Below are positions 62,101 to 64,000 of a stretch of 64,000 nucleotides of DNA, piece by piece. Numbering within the stretch: the first letter of the stretch is position 1; each line of letters begins with the position of its first letter. The position numbers were made by a program, and so were the translations under genes. Under the pieces are notes generated by a model. That model did not search any database. It was given only the letters and a program-made list of their open reading frames with translations, and was not told the origin of the DNA. This DNA is from Cyanophora paradoxa CCMP329. Its lineage: Eukaryota; Plantae; Glaucophyta. Location: contig QPMI01000129.1 in assembly GCA_004431415.1 (NCBI GenBank), forward strand, positions 62,001 to 126,000. The letters run 5' to 3'.

Positions 62101-63131
62101 ATCGCACCGGGGATCTTGAGGGCCTGGGGGGAGGAGGGGGGAGGTACATGAGCGCGGGAACTGAAGTCGAAAGAAAGAAAGGGAGGGGGTGGACAGTAAA
62201 GGCGCACGTCCTTGCCGAACGTGAGGGCGGACTTGCCGAGGCCCTTGAAGTTGCCCTTCTTCAGCATCTGCGCGCCCGAGTCAGCGGCCCCGCCTCGAGC
62301 CCGAGCGCCCCTCGCCCCTCGCCCCTCGCGCCTTCCAGTTCTGCTTCATGCCGGCGATGCCGCCCTTCACCATGTTCTGCGCGTCCGATGCGAACTTGCC
62401 CACCACCGGGATCTGACCGCGTGCCCGGTTCGCTTCATGACGGGGGGGGAGGACCCCCGGGGAGGGGAAATGCGGGGGGGGGTACAGTACCTTGCTCGCG
62501 AACTTGGTGGTCTTGTCCAGCGCTTTCTTCGCGAATTTGAGACCCCCCTTCGCGGCCTTCTTGACACCCTTGAAGCCCTGCGCGCGGGCGGCTCAGTCGG
62601 CAAAGGGCGCGCCTGTGGACGGCGTGCCCCTCCGGCTATAGCTATAGCTAGGTCGGTAGAGCGCTGGGCCCTTTATGCAGAGGCGGGGCGGCCTCCGGGC
62701 TGGGCCCGGACGGGCCATGGCCGCCGGGCGCCAGCACGCGGAGATCCAGCCCTAGATCATTGCTGTATAGGCCACGGGCACGGATCGGGGGCCTTGGGCG
62801 ACTTGCCTTCTTGGCGACATTCTTGACCTTCTTGAACCCCTGCGAGCGCGCGAGCGGAGTTGGTCGCCTGCGCTACGCGATAGGGCAGATCTTGCCGCGC
62901 GCGCGCGCGGTCGCGCAGTGGCCGTATGCATAGCCGGCGCCGGGCCGGGGCGGTGCTGGCGCATGGCGCGCTTCGGATCCGGATGTTGATCATACCTTTT
63001 TTACCTGCGTCCGTCCGGCCCGCAATCGCGTCAGGACTTTGCGTGGCGGCTGGCGCGTCTAATCTGATCGAGGAGAGCGGGGAACGGCGCGCCTTCTTCT
63101 TGACCTTCTTGAACAGCTTCTTCAATCCCAT
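59128..63131 (-). CDS. Orphan micro-exon gene: Lys-rich amphipathic repeats, Gly/Ala hydrophobic hairpin, acidic E/P/Q repeat C-terminus
   Basis: Short exons with CAG acceptors and GT/GC donors: MGLKKLFKKVKKK|VKK|GFKKVKNVAKK|GFKGVKKAAKGGLKFAKKALDKTTKFASK|IPVVGKF... ending GHHEFAPLA*. Confidence 0.7.
59660..59990 (-). repeat. 30-bp coding repeats (EPEPQEGPTP / AEQEPQEEST)
   Basis: Recurring CTCCTGCGGTTCCGGCTCC and CTCTTGAGGCTCCTGCTCTGCGGGGGTAG on the + strand. Confidence 0.85.
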
Positions 63132-64000
63132 GGCCGGCGCCGCTGACGCGCACGCCTTGCAGGCAAGAGCAATGCCTCGTCAGCAGGTGCACGGGCCCGC
63201 CACCGTGGCCGGCTTGTCCCTCGGAGGCGGGAACGCCTGCGGCCGCGCCGTACGCGTCACGCCCGCGTCGCTCGGCTCCTTCGGAGATCGACTCGGCGAG
63301 GCCAGCTGCAACTGCAGCTGCTGATCGACTCCACGCCGCGTCACACTCCTGGCGTTCGTTGATTGAGCCCGGCCCGCTCGGGTCGTCGCCGGCGCAGCGC
63401 CGCGCGTGCGCGGCTGACGCAGGCTTGCTGCGGCTGGCTGAGCGTCGCAGAACGCAGCCGATTAGCTGCGCATGTCAACAGGCTTCCGCCGCCCTCCGGT
63501 CTCCGGTCCGATCCGAAGCTCTGTGGCCGGGATCCGAGCGCGTTCATCAGAGCCAAATCCGTACCCCCCCAGTTCGAAGTCACAGCTGCGCACGCACGCC
63601 TTTGCATGCATGCGTATGTGGCAATAATAATCGCGATTCGCGAGGCCCTGAGGACGATCGCGAATCTAATAGAGTTAGTACTACGGTAGATCTGCGCATG
63701 CTGCGCGTTGGGCGTCCGCCAGCCGCCCGGCCGCCGCGAGAAGGGCAAACCAGCTGCAGTTAGATCCTAGCTGGCACACTCAAATTTAAAGAAAGGACAG
63801 CGCCGCGGCGCGGCGAGGAGGGGGCCGAGCGCTAGCGCTAGCAGGGTACGGGGAGGGGTGGGGGTGCGGAGCAGTTCTAGACGAACGGGGCGGCCGCGCG
63901 GGCCGCAGGCCAGGCCCGGGGGAAGTGCAGACGGAACTTTGGAAGCGGTGGGCGGAGGGGGCGAGAGGGTGAGTGGCAGGAGGCGGACCGGAAGGGAGGT

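Noticed and set aside
85-63763. Numerous long Arg/Pro/Gly-rich ORFs in the ORF track
   Set aside because: These are shadow frames caused by very high GC and stop-poor introns.

Overview
High-GC, intron-dense eukaryotic DNA, not prokaryotic. Genes are split by many short introns (mostly ~50-90 nt) with frequent GC-AG donors and micro-exons, so the supplied ORF track is mostly misleading. Gene models were assembled by hand; boundaries are approximate. A VanX-type D-Ala-D-Ala dipeptidase with an MAAF-type transit peptide points to a glaucophyte alga such as Cyanophora, whose plastid keeps peptidoglycan (inference). Recognisable genes: ankyrin-TRP channel, two VanX paralogues, SMYD, F-box, EMC5/MMGT1, SepSecS, a MYND protein, OSCA/TMEM63, RtcB, a 2xCBM48-TreZ-like GH13 fusion, a CCX/NCLX exchanger, a Ser-Pro surface protein, a C2-like protein and a PAS hybrid histidine kinase. 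There are also three orphan low-complexity genes. A ~45.3-52.4 kb transposon nest holds TA-flanked MITEs and a recent non-autonomous LTR element. Most novel signals: (i) paralogous MITE copies differ by short inverted-duplication insertions, suggesting a fold-back mutational process behind the palindrome-rich non-coding DNA; (ii) a micro-exon gene encodes 11-mer cationic amphipathic helices plus a hydrophobic hairpin, a candidate membrane-lytic protein; (iii) the VanX pair shows apparent differential targeting and a 1-nt intron slide; (iv) a bacterial-type TreZ is fused to eukaryotic glycogen-binding modules.
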